Notes under the pieces: generated by a model
The model's database searches: none
What the model was told of the DNA's origin: nothing
Seen by the model: the letters and a program-made list of their open reading frames with translations, nothing else
Program-made: the position numbers and the translations under genes
In this document: positions 1 to 10,271 of the stretch, in pieces
Numbering within the stretch: position 1 is the first letter of the stretch
Layout: the number at the start of each line of letters is the position of its first letter
Assembly: GCA_050014195.1 (NCBI GenBank)
Contig: JBEKDT010000015.1
Span: forward strand, 1-64,000
DNA length: 64,000 nt
Source: Desulfomonilia bacterium
GTDB lineage: Bacteria > Desulfobacterota > Desulfomonilia > UBA1062
Direction of reading: 5' to 3'

Positions 1-374
1 TTGAGATTGAGACTATCCTGATACTCGTTGTAGTAGCTGCTTCCCGGGGCAGCAGCACTCGTTCCCCCCTGGGCATAGTTCCGGCTGTAGGCCGAAGACG
101 CCCCTACCTGGGGGTAATAATTCGCCCTTGCCTCAGTGACCCTGCTTTGGCTCGCCTTGAGGCTCCCGGCCGCCCCCAGGACGGTGGGGTGGTTCTTCAG
201 CGCTATCGTTATACACCGCGCAAGGTCGAGGGTCTCACCGGGCTTTATCTCATCAGCTGCACAGAGCCCTTGAGGCAACAGGGCAATCATGCAAAGACAT
301 GATGCCAGAATCCATAGTCGTTGCACGAGGCGTTTCGAACAGATTGAGTATTCTATATATCGCGTATTTTTCAT
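1..374 (-). CDS. TolC/outer membrane efflux family protein, N-terminal part (runs off the window start)
   Basis: Manual translation: MKNTRY...LCMIALLPQGLCAADEIKPGETLDLARCITIALKNHPTVLGAAGSLKASQSRVTEARANYYPQV, i.e. signal peptide plus the typical OEP start (L..CI..AL.NHP...A.A.YYP). Confidence 0.75.
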   Translation of the reverse strand, partial: MKNTRYIEYSICSKRLVQRLWILASCLCMIALLPQGLCAADEIKPGETLDLARCITIALKNHPTVLGAAGSLKASQSRVTEARANYYPQVGASSAYSRNYAQGGTSAAAPGSSYYNEYQDSLNL

Positions 375-602
375 CAAAGTTATATGATCTCAAGAGATAA
401 TTCTTTAAAGAGCATAACCCCATGCCATGCTAATTTCCAGTCCGTTCATATTTGTTTACAGACGGATGAGCAAGAGTATTTTTTTACAGGATGTTATAAG
501 GGATGAAAAATCTGCTGCAGGGTAATGTCAGGGCTGAAGCCGACCCTGTTTCTTTTGCTGCCTTACGCTGAAACTCCACTCACCCTACTTTCTGAGCACT
601 GA

Positions 603-3350
603 TCACGCTAATACTTCCCTAATCCTCATCGAGAGGACCGGGAGATTGAAGGGCTTCTGAATGAACCCCCTGCACCCGCTCTCCAATATCTCTTTTGCCT
701 GATCGTCCAGGCTGTATCCGCTTGAGAGGAGCACACGCACCTCCGGATATATCTCCTTCATGCGCACGAACACTTCTTTCCCGGCCAGATCGGGCATGAC
801 CATGTCCAAAACCACCAGGTCTATCTCCGTATGGCGCGCAGAAAACTCCTCAAGGCCTGCCTTCCCGCCCTTGGCCTTTATAACCCGGTATCCAAGCCCC
901 TCGATCATCGCAGAGGCGACATCCAGGATCATCTCCTCATCATCCACCAGGAGCACACAACCACTGCCGCTTTTCGCCTCTTCTTCCACAGATACTTCCC
1001 GCTCCGCATGTTTGATGGAGACAGGGAGATAGATGAAGAACTCGGTCCCGACACCGACTTCACTCTCAACACCGACATACCCGCCGTGATTCTTCACGAT
1101 CCCATATACCGATGCCAGACCGAGACCCGTCCCGCGGCCCATCTCCTTGGTTGTGAAGAACGGGTCGAATATCCTGGCCTTCGTGGCCTCATCCATCCCG
1201 ACACCGGTGTCACGCAAGGTGATCTTTACATAATTTCCAGGCGGAAGCTCACAGGCATCCGCAGTGCTGTCTGTTAGTTCCGCATTCTCCATGGCAACAT
1301 ACAGGTCGCCTCCTCCGGGCATGGCCTGCCTGGCATTCATATAGAGGTTCAGCATCACCTGCTCCATCTGGTTCTGGTCCACCTCAACGGGCCATACCTT
1401 CCTGTCCGCCAGGGTATGCACCCGTATCTCCTTGTGCGTGCGGGCAAACATATTGGTGCTCCTGATAATGAACTCCCCAAGGTCCGTAAGTCTTACATCG
1501 TACTTTCCTCCCCTGGCAAAACCCAGGAGCTGCTGTGTGAGATCGCTCGCCCTCTTGACGTATCCTTCGATGTTCCTCAGGCGTGCGTAGAGTGTATTCG
1601 TCTCATCCATTCCCATCATCATAAGAGAGGCGTTCCCCAGTATTCCCATCAAAAGGTTGTTGAAGTCGTGGGCGATCCCGCCTGCAAGTGTCCCGATGGA
1701 CTCCATGCGTTGTGCATGCAACAGCCGGGCCTCGAGGCTCTTCTTTTCCGAGATATCCACAAGGAAACCCCGGACGCCGACGACATTGCCTGCACGCATG
1801 ATAGGTGCGGAGTGGGCAAGCCCGGGAAACGTGGTCCCGTCTTTCCGGACAGCCATGTATTCCACAAGCCCGGTCTTCTCGCCCTTGAACATCTTGGCAA
1901 GATTCTCCTGCAGCTTGTGTATCTCTTCGGGCGGGACAACATCACGCATTCTCAAGCCTTGTTTTATATCCAGTTCGTCATATCCGAAACACGCTAAACC
2001 GCTCTTGTTCACGAAGGTCAACCGGCCGTCAAGCTCAGCCTCATAGACGGTCTCAGGAAGAAGTTCAGCAAGGTCCCGAAACCGCTCCTCGCTCAAACGC
2101 AAGGCATCTTGAGCCTGTCTCCGCTCGGTGATGTCACGCATCACTCCCCTGAATCCTATGGGCTCTCCTGTGGGGCCCTTAATCAGGGTTACCGAGATCT
2201 CGATGGCCTTCTTCTCACCGTCTTTCCTGACGATTGACCAGTCGAATCCTTTATCCGGGTTGCCGGTCAGGTAGACTCTATGGAACACGTCATAGATCTT
2301 GCGCGCCGTTTCCCGGTCAACAAACACCCGGTAGTTCGACCCCATCACCTCTTCAGGGGCATATCCGACCATCCCGCAAAAGGAATCATTGAAGAAGGTG
2401 AAGTTCCCCTTGAAATCCGTCTCATAATACCCTTCCTGTATACTTTCAAGGATGTTCCGGTACTTTTCCTCACTCTGACGCCGGGCCTTCTCAGCCTCTT
2501 TACGCTGGGTGATATCGCGGACCACGCCTTTGAAGCCGACCGCCTTCCCTTTGCCGTCACGCCGCAGTGAAATCGAGGCCTCCACAGGGAGCCGCTCACG
2601 GTTTTTCATTATCACATCATACTCAAATGCAGGAATCGGCTCGCCAGTAACAAAGACACGATGATAGGCATCGAACACTTTCCGTGTATTGTCCGCATCC
2701 ATATAATCGCGGAAATTCATATTCGTGAGCTCTTCTTTGGAATACCCCAGCACCCCCCATGCCCTTGGATTGAAGAATGTGAAGTTCCCCTTGAGATCCA
2801 CCTCGCAGTAGACCTCCTGGATGCTCTCCAGGATGTTCCGGTAGTTCTCCTCGCTCAGGCGTAATGCCTCCTCGGCGCGCTTGCGTGCCGTTATGTCCAT
2901 ACATGATGCCACACTCTGGTTCGTACCGGGGATCATGGCAATATTAAGAAGGATGTCTAGTATCTCACCAGCTCTATTGACGAATCGAAACTCATATTCA
3001 TAAGGAGCTGACGACTGGTCCAATCTGCGCTTTTCATGGTATGCCCACATCCGATCGAGGTCTCCCTCTGCTATGAAGACGGCCCAGCTCATCTTGCCTT
3101 CAAGCTCATCTTTGCTGTAACCCGAAAGCTTCTCGAAATTGGAATTGGCGATCCTGATGGTTGTGTCGCCGTCGATGGTGATGATGGCGGTCCCTGCGGT
3201 TTCAAATATAGTTCGATAGAGCTCTTCGCGTAGGCGGAGCTGTTCATCGTACTCTTTGATTCGATTCAGCTCCTCTCGGAGCTTATTCATTTCCTGTGCT
3301 CCATCCTGAGTTCGGATATCATCCGTCATAGCAATGACCTCCTGGTACAA
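603..3350 (-). CDS. Hybrid sensor histidine kinase: four PAS domains, HisKA/HATPase, C-terminal receiver
   Basis: Repeated PAS/PAC blocks (..RDITERR), H-box GIAHDFNNLL, FDPFFTTK and GTGLGL, receiver LLVDDE...VLDMVMP...IQKPF. Confidence 0.95.
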   Translation of the reverse strand: MYQEVIAMTDDIRTQDGAQEMNKLREELNRIKEYDEQLRLREELYRTIFETAGTAIITIDGDTTIRIANSNFEKLSGYSKDELEGKMSWAVFIAEGDLDRMWAYHEKRRLDQSSAPYEYEFRFVNRAGEILDILLNIAMIPGTNQSVASCMDITARKRAEEALRLSEENYRNILESIQEVYCEVDLKGNFTFFNPRAWGVLGYSKEELTNMNFRDYMDADNTRKVFDAYHRVFVTGEPIPAFEYDVIMKNRERLPVEASISLRRDGKGKAVGFKGVVRDITQRKEAEKARRQSEEKYRNILESIQEGYYETDFKGNFTFFNDSFCGMVGYAPEEVMGSNYRVFVDRETARKIYDVFHRVYLTGNPDKGFDWSIVRKDGEKKAIEISVTLIKGPTGEPIGFRGVMRDITERRQAQDALRLSEERFRDLAELLPETVYEAELDGRLTFVNKSGLACFGYDELDIKQGLRMRDVVPPEEIHKLQENLAKMFKGEKTGLVEYMAVRKDGTTFPGLAHSAPIMRAGNVVGVRGFLVDISEKKSLEARLLHAQRMESIGTLAGGIAHDFNNLLMGILGNASLMMMGMDETNTLYARLRNIEGYVKRASDLTQQLLGFARGGKYDVRLTDLGEFIIRSTNMFARTHKEIRVHTLADRKVWPVEVDQNQMEQVMLNLYMNARQAMPGGGDLYVAMENAELTDSTADACELPPGNYVKITLRDTGVGMDEATKARIFDPFFTTKEMGRGTGLGLASVYGIVKNHGGYVGVESEVGVGTEFFIYLPVSIKHAEREVSVEEEAKSGSGCVLLVDDEEMILDVASAMIEGLGYRVIKAKGGKAGLEEFSARHTEIDLVVLDMVMPDLAGKEVFVRMKEIYPEVRVLLSSGYSLDDQAKEILESGCRGFIQKPFNLPVLSMRIREVLA

Positions 3351-3612
3351 CGCAAGGAATTATCCCTGGAATAAATATGCTGCCGGCTGTCACCAATGAG
3401 TGTATCCTAAAGAAATATTCCTCTCTTCTCATTTCGGCATCAGTTGAATCAATCATGAGCCATACCGGCTTCTCTCCACATTCCAGGATGAGAGATTAGT
3501 CCGGTTCCATGATCAGAGATGATATTCTAGGCCCCCCTAATCAATTCAAGTCAAGGATTCCAAAGAATTTAAGGGGAGCACGAGTTTGTATTTCGATGTT
3601 CGAATGAACTGT

Positions 3613-3715
3613 GTCGTGGTTAAAACCGCTCCTACAACATACAACATATTTTGAGATGTAGGAGCTCCTTCAGGCGCGACCCATTCCTGATGTCTCGGCT
3701 AAAGCCGCTCCAACA
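3613..3715. repeat. Cluster of GTAG-type REP palindromes (one single and one inverted doublet)
   Basis: gtcgtggttaaaaccgctcctaca (3613-3636), tgtaggagctccttcaggcgcgac (3657-3680), gtctcggctaaagccgctccaaca (3692-3715); consensus TGTAGGAGCGGCTTYAGCCGCGAC recurs across the window. Confidence 0.8.
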
Positions 3716-3730
3716 CTACTCGTCACTCTT

Positions 3731-4075
3731 TTACTCGTCACTGTCTTTCATGACGCTTCCCGGATCGGTCCTGAGCTTTTCCAGCTTGCTCTTGAACTCC
3801 TCTGTGGGCTTGACACCTGCTTGCTTAAGCATTTGTTCGGCATTCAGACCGATGTTTCGAGAGTCCTTGTAAAAACTGTCGGACTTGCGTGCATTGGGGT
3901 TATAGGAGGAAAGACGATCGGATGAAGATGTGTGGTAGTTTACCTTGGAGATGATCCGTTTGAGGTCATCTGACCCGCACTCATCGCACGAGAGGTCTTC
4001 AGGCCCCTTGTATCCCTGGATAAGGATACTTGTCACATGAGAACATCTTAGGCATTTGTATTCATAGATGGGCAT
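3731..4075 (-). CDS. FmdB-family zinc-ribbon regulatory protein
   Basis: MPIYEYKCLRC...CDECGS signature. Confidence 0.85.
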   Translation of the reverse strand: MPIYEYKCLRCSHVTSILIQGYKGPEDLSCDECGSDDLKRIISKVNYHTSSSDRLSSYNPNARKSDSFYKDSRNIGLNAEQMLKQAGVKPTEEFKSKLEKLRTDPGSVMKDSDE

Positions 4076-4165
4076 CTTATATCACACTGAAATTGAAACG
4101 GCAGAGCCCCTTAAGGGGGAATCTATCCAATCCCTCCCAAAGGGAACCCCGCTCTTTTAGCCTTG

Positions 4166-6094
4166 TTACCCCTTATCCCCCTTTACCTCTTCAAACTCCG
4201 CATCCACCACGTCTTCACCCTGTTTTGAGGAGCCCCCGGCACCCGCACCGGGACCTGCCTGGGCGCCTGCCCCACCTGCTCCGCCCTGGGCTGCGGACGA
4301 GTAGATCACCTCAGCCAGCTTGTGCGATGCCGTGGTGAGGGCATCGATCTTTTTTCTGATCAGCGCGGCGTCATCACTCTTGAGGACTTCCTTGAGGTCG
4401 GCCAGGGCATTTTCAATGCTTGCCCGGGTCATGGAGTCGACCTTGTCGCCGTGTTCTTTTAAGGTCTTCTCGGTAGTGTAAGCAAGGCTGTCCGCGGTGT
4501 TCTTGGCCTCAACAACATCCTTGCGTTTGCGGTCCTCCGACTCGTGGTCTTCTGCCTCTCGGATCATCTTGTTGATGTCATCCTCGTTCAGGCCCGAAGA
4601 GCTCGTGATCCTTATGGACTGCTCCTTGCCCGTAGCCTTGTCCTTGGCGGAAACATGGAGGATGCCGTTGGCATCGATATCAAAGCTCACCTCGATCTGA
4701 GGGATGCCCCTGGGCGCAGGCGGTATGCCCATGAGGTCGAACTGACCCAGCAGCTTGTTGTCGCCCGCCATGGGCCGCTCGCCCTGAAACACCCTGATAG
4801 TGACTGCATTCTGGTTGTCCTCGGCAGTGGAAAAGACCTGGGTCTTCTTCGTGGGTATGGTGGTGTTGCGTTCGATGATCTTGGTGAACACGCCGCCTAA
4901 GGTCTCGATGCCGAGTGAAAGCGGAGTGACATCCAGGAGGAGCACATCCTTCACCTCACCGCCAAGCACACCGCCCTGGATGGCGGCACCGACGGCGACC
5001 ACTTCATCAGGGTTCACACCCTTGTGGGGCTCCTTGTCGAAGATCTCCTTGACCTTCTGTACTACCCTGGGCATACGCGTCTGACCCCCAACGAGGATGA
5101 CCTCATCGATCTCCTTGGGGGTGAGCCCTGCATCGGCCAATGCCTTCCTGCACGGTCCCTCGAGGTTTGCAATGATGTCTTCCACCAGGTTTTCGAGCTT
5201 GGCCCTGGTGAGTTTCATATTGAGGTGCTTGGGCCCGGACTGGTCCGCCGTGATGAAGGGGAGATTGACCTCGGTCTCCATCATGGAGGACAGCTCGTGC
5301 TTTGCCCTCTCCGCACCCTCTTTAAGCCTCTGGAGGGCCATACGGTCCTTGCTCAAATCCACGCCGGTCTCCTTCTTGAATTCGGAAACCAGGAAGTCGA
5401 TGATTCGGTTGTCGATATCCTCCCCGCCCAGGTGGGTGTCACCGTTGGTGGACTTCACCTCGAATACGCCGTCGCCGATCTCAAGGATGGATATATCGAA
5501 CGTTCCTCCGCCGAGGTCGAACACCGCCACCTTTTCTTCTTTCTTCCGGTCAAGACCATATGCAAGGGCCGCCGCAGTAGGTTCATTAATGATCCTCTTC
5601 ACTTCAAAACCTGCGATCTTACCCGCATCCTTGGTGGCCTGCCTCTGCGAGTCATTGAAGTATGCCGGCACGGTGATGACGGCCTCCTCGATCTTCTCAC
5701 CCAGGTATGCCTCAGCATCCATTTTGAGCTTTTGAAGGACCATGGCCGAGATCTCCGGGGGCGCATATTTCCTTTCCTCGATCTGGATGGCGGCATCTCC
5801 ATTATCGGCCTTGACGATCTTGAAGGGCATCACCTTGATATCCTTCTGGACTTCTTTATCATCAAACTTCCTGCCGATCAGGCGCTTGATGGCATGCATG
5901 GTCTTCTCGGAATTTGTAATGGCCTGACGTCTTGCTACCTGCCCCACAAGGCGCTCACCGCTTGTGGTGAATGCAACCACCGACGGCGTCGTCCTCGCAC
6001 CTTCTGCATTGGGGATAACCTTCGGCTCGCCTGCTTCCATAATTGCCATACAGGAATTGGTTGTACCAAGGTCAATTCCTAATATCTTTCCCAT
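4166..6094 (-). CDS. dnaK: Chaperone DnaK (Hsp70)
   Basis: [25 protein letters not shown] motifs; C-terminal [10 protein letters not shown]. Confidence 0.99.
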   Translation of the reverse strand: MGKILGIDLGTTNSCMAIMEAGEPKVIPNAEGARTTPSVVAFTTSGERLVGQVARRQAITNSEKTMHAIKRLIGRKFDDKEVQKDIKVMPFKIVKADNGDAAIQIEERKYAPPEISAMVLQKLKMDAEAYLGEKIEEAVITVPAYFNDSQRQATKDAGKIAGFEVKRIINEPTAAALAYGLDRKKEEKVAVFDLGGGTFDISILEIGDGVFEVKSTNGDTHLGGEDIDNRIIDFLVSEFKKETGVDLSKDRMALQRLKEGAERAKHELSSMMETEVNLPFITADQSGPKHLNMKLTRAKLENLVEDIIANLEGPCRKALADAGLTPKEIDEVILVGGQTRMPRVVQKVKEIFDKEPHKGVNPDEVVAVGAAIQGGVLGGEVKDVLLLDVTPLSLGIETLGGVFTKIIERNTTIPTKKTQVFSTAEDNQNAVTIRVFQGERPMAGDNKLLGQFDLMGIPPAPRGIPQIEVSFDIDANGILHVSAKDKATGKEQSIRITSSSGLNEDDINKMIREAEDHESEDRKRKDVVEAKNTADSLAYTTEKTLKEHGDKVDSMTRASIENALADLKEVLKSDDAALIRKKIDALTTASHKLAEVIYSSAAQGGAGGAGAQAGPGAGAGGSSKQGEDVVDAEFEEVKGDKG

Positions 6095-6124
6095 TTGAAA
6101 TATCCTCCCTTACGTTTTCTCCTC

Positions 6125-6676
6125 TTAAGAAGCTACCGTTACCTTCGCAGGTCTTAATACCCTGTCATTTAATAAGAAGCCTTTCTCGATCTCGTCGGCC
6201 ACCATGCCTTTTTCAAGGTCATCCCTTGTCACCTGCATCATGGCCTCATGATAATTCGGATCAAAGGCGACATTCGTTGTTTGTATAGGTTCAGCACCAT
6301 GTTTTTTCAAGGTCTCAAGCATCAGTTTCTCGGTCATCCTCAGGCCTTTGATGAAATTATCGTCATCCGGAAAGAGTCCAAGGGCGGAGGCTATGGATTT
6401 CTCAATGGCATCATAGACCAGGAGAAAATCCTTTAAGACGGACTCTTTGCCGTATTTCAGCACATCGGCGTACTGCCGCTGCTGGCGCTTCTTCATATTA
6501 TCCATCTCTGCCAGGGCCCTTAAGTATTTATCCGTGATCTCCACCACCTGTGCCTTGAGCTCATCAATAGACGGCTCCGGGGCCTGCACAGACTCAATCG
6601 ATTCTTCCTGGGCAGGTTGAATTTCCTCGACGTTTCTATTGTTCATCTCATCCATGCTGTCTCCCTCGTCCTGCAC
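6125..6676 (-). CDS. grpE: Nucleotide exchange factor GrpE (start may be ATG 6655)
   Basis: YLRALAEMDNMKKR, FDPNYHEAM, GFLLNDRVLRPAKVTV; lies between hrcA and dnaK. Confidence 0.97.
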   Translation of the reverse strand: MQDEGDSMDEMNNRNVEEIQPAQEESIESVQAPEPSIDELKAQVVEITDKYLRALAEMDNMKKRQQRQYADVLKYGKESVLKDFLLVYDAIEKSIASALGLFPDDDNFIKGLRMTEKLMLETLKKHGAEPIQTTNVAFDPNYHEAMMQVTRDDLEKGMVADEIEKGFLLNDRVLRPAKVTVAS

Positions 6677-7708
6677 CTACATATCCTCCAACAACTCGCT
6701 CAAGAACCTCGCCATATATCCCACGAGCGGTATCACCCGCGAATAGTCCATCCTTATCGGTCCGATCACCCCCAGGGAACCCACGGGTATATTGCGCTTA
6801 TGGTATCCGGTGGCCACCATGCTGAAATTATCCATCCCGATGTGCTCCATCTCTTCACCAAGCAGGACCGAAACACCCGGCACCTCAAGCACCCTGTTGA
6901 GTATCCGCACGATCCGGCCCTTGTCCTCAAAGGCATTCACGATATCTCTCAGCTTGGTAAGATCGGCAAGATCAGGCTTGTTGAATACGGTATCCTTGCC
7001 CTGGATGACGATGTCGGGAATGTCCTTAACGGCCTTCAGTGCAATCATCCCCAAGTCAAGGGCCTGGCTGACGAGGGAATCGAACTTCGCCTTCTCGCTG
7101 GACATCTCTCTGACGAGCTTGTCCCGCATTTCATGAATGGTGAGGTCCGCATAGGCCTCATTCAGGTAGTTTGCATACTGATCGAGCTTACTCTGCGATA
7201 TGTCCTCACCATGGACGATATGATTGTAGACCATGCCGGCCCGGCTTACCAGCACAACCATTACCCTGCTCTCGTCGAGCCTGATAAAATCGATCCGCTT
7301 GAAGAAGAACGTGTCGAACCTGGGCAGAATGATGATCGAGGCGTTCTGGGAGATTTTCGAGAGGAGTACGGATGCCTTTCTCAAGGTCTCCCTGATGTCG
7401 CCGGTGTCATGTGACATCTGGCGGGAGATCATGGTCTTTTCCATTCTCGGCAGCGACTTGATTTCCATGATATCGTTCAAATAGCAGCGAAAGCCCTCGG
7501 GTGTCGGTATCCTCCCGGCTGACACGTGAGGCTGATATAACAGGCCCATCTCCTCGAGGTCGGCCATGACGTTGCGGACCGTGGCCGGAGAAAGGGTGCA
7601 GAGGTACTTCCGTGCAATAATCCTCGAACCTACCGGTTCACCGGTTTCCACATACTCGCGGATGATTGCATTTAAAATGCTTTTATCTCGATCAGTTAGC
7701 TCGGGCAT
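6677..7708 (-). CDS. hrcA: Heat-inducible transcription repressor HrcA
   Basis: EPVGSR..LSPATVRNVMADLEEMG..QPHVSAGRIPT; GVIGPIRMDY; CIRCE directly upstream. ATG 7708 preferred over GTG 7726. Confidence 0.97.
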   Translation of the reverse strand: MPELTDRDKSILNAIIREYVETGEPVGSRIIARKYLCTLSPATVRNVMADLEEMGLLYQPHVSAGRIPTPEGFRCYLNDIMEIKSLPRMEKTMISRQMSHDTGDIRETLRKASVLLSKISQNASIIILPRFDTFFFKRIDFIRLDESRVMVVLVSRAGMVYNHIVHGEDISQSKLDQYANYLNEAYADLTIHEMRDKLVREMSSEKAKFDSLVSQALDLGMIALKAVKDIPDIVIQGKDTVFNKPDLADLTKLRDIVNAFEDKGRIVRILNRVLEVPGVSVLLGEEMEHIGMDNFSMVATGYHKRNIPVGSLGVIGPIRMDYSRVIPLVGYMARFLSELLEDM

Positions 7709-7719
7709 TGTTTCAATCC

Positions 7720-7746
7720 TTAGCACTCGCCTCCCTCAACTGCTAA
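7720..7746. promoter_or_regulatory. CIRCE element (HrcA operator)
   Basis: TTAGCACTC-N9-AACTGCTAA versus consensus TTAGCACTC-N9-GAGTGCTAA (2 mismatches), between the promoter and the hrcA start. Confidence 0.92.
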
Positions 7747-7753
7747 CAAAGGT

Positions 7754-7782
7754 TTTATAGAATCTCTCCTCCTCATTGTCAA
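7754..7782 (-). promoter_or_regulatory. Sigma70-type promoter of the hrcA-grpE-dnaK operon
   Basis: Minus strand TTGACA (7782-7777)-17 nt-TATAAA (7759-7754), immediately upstream of CIRCE. Confidence 0.85.
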
Positions 7783-7816
7783 TATTCAAACTATCGGCAG
7801 CGAGGGGTGGTTTTAC

Positions 7817-7905
7817 GTGTTAAGTTTAAAGTCTTAAGTTCCAATGTGATGTATGAGGATACTTGATCAATTGTCCTAACACTTCAAACCTCAAACTTAA
7901 AACTT
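7817..7905. repeat. Two inverted arrays of degenerate 7-bp tandem repeats
   Basis: gtgttaa gtttaaa gtcttaa gttccaa (7817-7844) faces acttcaa acctcaa acttaaa actt (7881-7905). Confidence 0.55.
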
Positions 7906-8039
7906 TTCCACCTTACACAACTCACCCTGGCATATCTTTTAATCACTTTAATTCCTAGACAAACAACAGGATTGATATTAAAGAGGCACCTGAATTGATC
8001 AGCAAAAAGTCTTAAGCGACACAGAGAAAAGAGGCGCCC

Positions 8040-9701
8040 ATGAAGGACAAGGTGGAAAGGCTGCTGAAAGATGCCGTGACCGGGCTCATCACTTCAGGCT
8101 CTCTGCCTGAACTTGATCTCGACGGCATTTCCGTAAGCATCCCTCCCAATAAAGAGTTCGGCGATTTTGCAACGAATGTTGCCATGGCGGCCGCCAGGAA
8201 AGCAAAGAAATCTCCCCGAGAGGTGGCCAATCTTGTCAAGCAGGCACTAGAGTCTCACTCCGGCTTCCTTGAGAAGATCGAGGTGGCGGGGCCTGGTTTT
8301 ATCAACCTCTTCTTAAACCCGGCCATGTGGGTGAGCGCCCTGGAGGAGATCATCTCACAAGGGAAAGCATACGGGAGAACCGACTATGGCACAGGCAGGA
8401 AGGTCCAGGTAGAGTTCGTCAGCGCAAACCCCACAGGACCGCTCCACATAGGCCATGGCAGAGGGGCGGCTGTGGGTGACACACTCGTCCGCATCCTGGA
8501 TGCGGCAGGGTTTGATTGCAAGGCCGAATACTACATCAATGACATCGGCAATCAGATGAACAACCTGGGGCTGTCCGTACTGGCCCGCTACAAGGAGATC
8601 CACGGCGATCCGGAGGCTTTTCCTGAAATCGGCTACCAGGGCGACTATATCAGAGACATCGCCGATGATCTCACCAAGGTGCATGGCAAGGATCTTCTCG
8701 AGAGAGATCATGATGAAGCGGTTCTGATCTGCAGGGAGTTCGCCGCTGATACCATCATGCAGGGCATCAAGGAAGATTTGAATCTCTTCAATGTTCATTT
8801 TCACCGCTGGTTCAACGAGTCGAGCCTGTATCGGAATCGCAAGGTCGAAGATTCCTTGAGATACCTCAAAGAAAAAGGCTTGAGCTATGAGGCCGATGGC
8901 GCCCTATGGTTCAAGACATCCCTCTTCGGTGATGAGAAGGACCGGGTGCTGCGGAAGCAGGACGGCTCACTCACCTACTTTGCGCCGGACATCGCCTACC
9001 ACAAGGACAAGCTGGACAGGGGTTTTGATCGGATCATCGACATCTGGGGCGCCGACCACCACGGCTATGTGCCCAGGATGAAGGCGGCCTTTGCCGCCTT
9101 AGGAGCCCAGGAAGACTGCTTCCATGCCCTGCTGATCCAGCTCGTCTCGCTCGTGCGCAACGGCAAACCGGTACAGATGTCAACCCGGGCCGGAGAATTC
9201 GTGACACTACGCGAGATCATCGATGAGGTGGGCAAAGATGTTGCCAGGTATTTCTTCATGATGAGGAGGTGCGACGCCCAGCTCGTCTTCGACCTTGACC
9301 TTGCCAAGAAGAAGAGTGATGAGAACCCTGTCTACTACATCCAGTATGCCCATGCCCGGATCTGTTCCATCATGAGGAATGCCGCCGAGCAGGCAAGGAG
9401 CCTGAAGCCCGAAGTTACGAACTTGGGCCTGCTTTCCCAGGGAGATGACCTCGACCTGATCAAGGTCCTGGCAGGCTACCCGGACGTCGTCGTCTCGGCC
9501 GCTTGCGACCTTGAGCCGCACAGGATCGCTTTTTATCTCTTGGATCTTGCAACGGCTTTTCATCGGTTCTATAATAGAAACCGGGTGATAACCGAGGATG
9601 CTCCATTGACTTCGGCAAGGCTTGTACTCATCGATGCGGTTAAACAGGTCATTGCCAATGCCTTGGCGCTTATGGGCATCGATGCCCCAGAGGCTATGTA
9701 A
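8040..9701 (+). CDS. argS: Arginine--tRNA ligase
   Basis: VEFVSANPTGPLHIGHGR (HIGH), GADHHGY, MSTRAG, NPVYYIQYAHAR. Confidence 0.99.
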   Translation: MKDKVERLLKDAVTGLITSGSLPELDLDGISVSIPPNKEFGDFATNVAMAAARKAKKSPREVANLVKQALESHSGFLEKIEVAGPGFINLFLNPAMWVSALEEIISQGKAYGRTDYGTGRKVQVEFVSANPTGPLHIGHGRGAAVGDTLVRILDAAGFDCKAEYYINDIGNQMNNLGLSVLARYKEIHGDPEAFPEIGYQGDYIRDIADDLTKVHGKDLLERDHDEAVLICREFAADTIMQGIKEDLNLFNVHFHRWFNESSLYRNRKVEDSLRYLKEKGLSYEADGALWFKTSLFGDEKDRVLRKQDGSLTYFAPDIAYHKDKLDRGFDRIIDIWGADHHGYVPRMKAAFAALGAQEDCFHALLIQLVSLVRNGKPVQMSTRAGEFVTLREIIDEVGKDVARYFFMMRRCDAQLVFDLDLAKKKSDENPVYYIQYAHARICSIMRNAAEQARSLKPEVTNLGLLSQGDDLDLIKVLAGYPDVVVSAACDLEPHRIAFYLLDLATAFHRFYNRNRVITEDAPLTSARLVLIDAVKQVIANALALMGIDAPEAM

Positions 9702-9708
9702 TGAAATT

Positions 9709-10239
9709 ATGAGGAAAACAAATAAAAAAAAGAAGAAAAGACGCCATACCAAGCAATCTTCGCTCGCGAAGAATATGGCGCTGCTCTTTCTTTCTTTGGG
9801 CTTGCTCGCTGGCGCAAGCTTTATCTTCTCGTATTTCGGCAACCGATCGGAACTCTCCCTTGACCCCATTCACAGTGCATGGAACAGTATCTTCTCTCCT
9901 GAGGAGAAACCCAAGGTCATAACCGAACAACCCAAGACTAAATCAAGCTCGGTGAGCCCCATCGATTATACGTTCTATGATCTCCTCAACCAAAAGGATA
10001 CCTCGGCACAGGGCGGGGATAGTTATACTATCCAGGTCGGTGCGTTCAAGAGCAAGTCCCAGGCTAAGACATTCGCCAATGAGCTTAAGGAAAAGTACAA
10101 GCTCCCCTTCAGCATCGTCAAGGATGGCAAGGTGAACTCCGTGAGGTGGGGCACATTCAATACGCTGGAAAAGGCTGAAAAATTACGTGCAGAGCTCTCT
10201 GCCAAACTCCAGCGCGACTGCAAGGTAGTGAAGATGTAA
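9709..10239 (+). CDS. SPOR-domain cell division protein (FtsN-like)
   Basis: Basic N-terminus, one TM helix, YTFYDLL motif, SPOR domain YTIQVGAF; conserved position after argS. Confidence 0.85.
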   Translation: MRKTNKKKKKRRHTKQSSLAKNMALLFLSLGLLAGASFIFSYFGNRSELSLDPIHSAWNSIFSPEEKPKVITEQPKTKSSSVSPIDYTFYDLLNQKDTSAQGGDSYTIQVGAFKSKSQAKTFANELKEKYKLPFSIVKDGKVNSVRWGTFNTLEKAEKLRAELSAKLQRDCKVVKM

Positions 10240-10271
10240 GGCCGGCCGGATAGGCCTGCCCTAGTTCATGT

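Noticed and set aside
412-427. Sigma54-like TGGCAT...ATGC upstream of the TolC-like gene
   Set aside because: GG-to-GC spacing is 11 nt instead of the required 10.
5024-6082. 352-aa ORF antisense to dnaK, and similar long antisense ORFs elsewhere
   Set aside because: Shadow frames of GC3-biased, clearly identified genes; no independent motifs.
3731-7708. Absence of dnaJ after dnaK
   Set aside because: dnaJ is often located elsewhere; not informative from one window.
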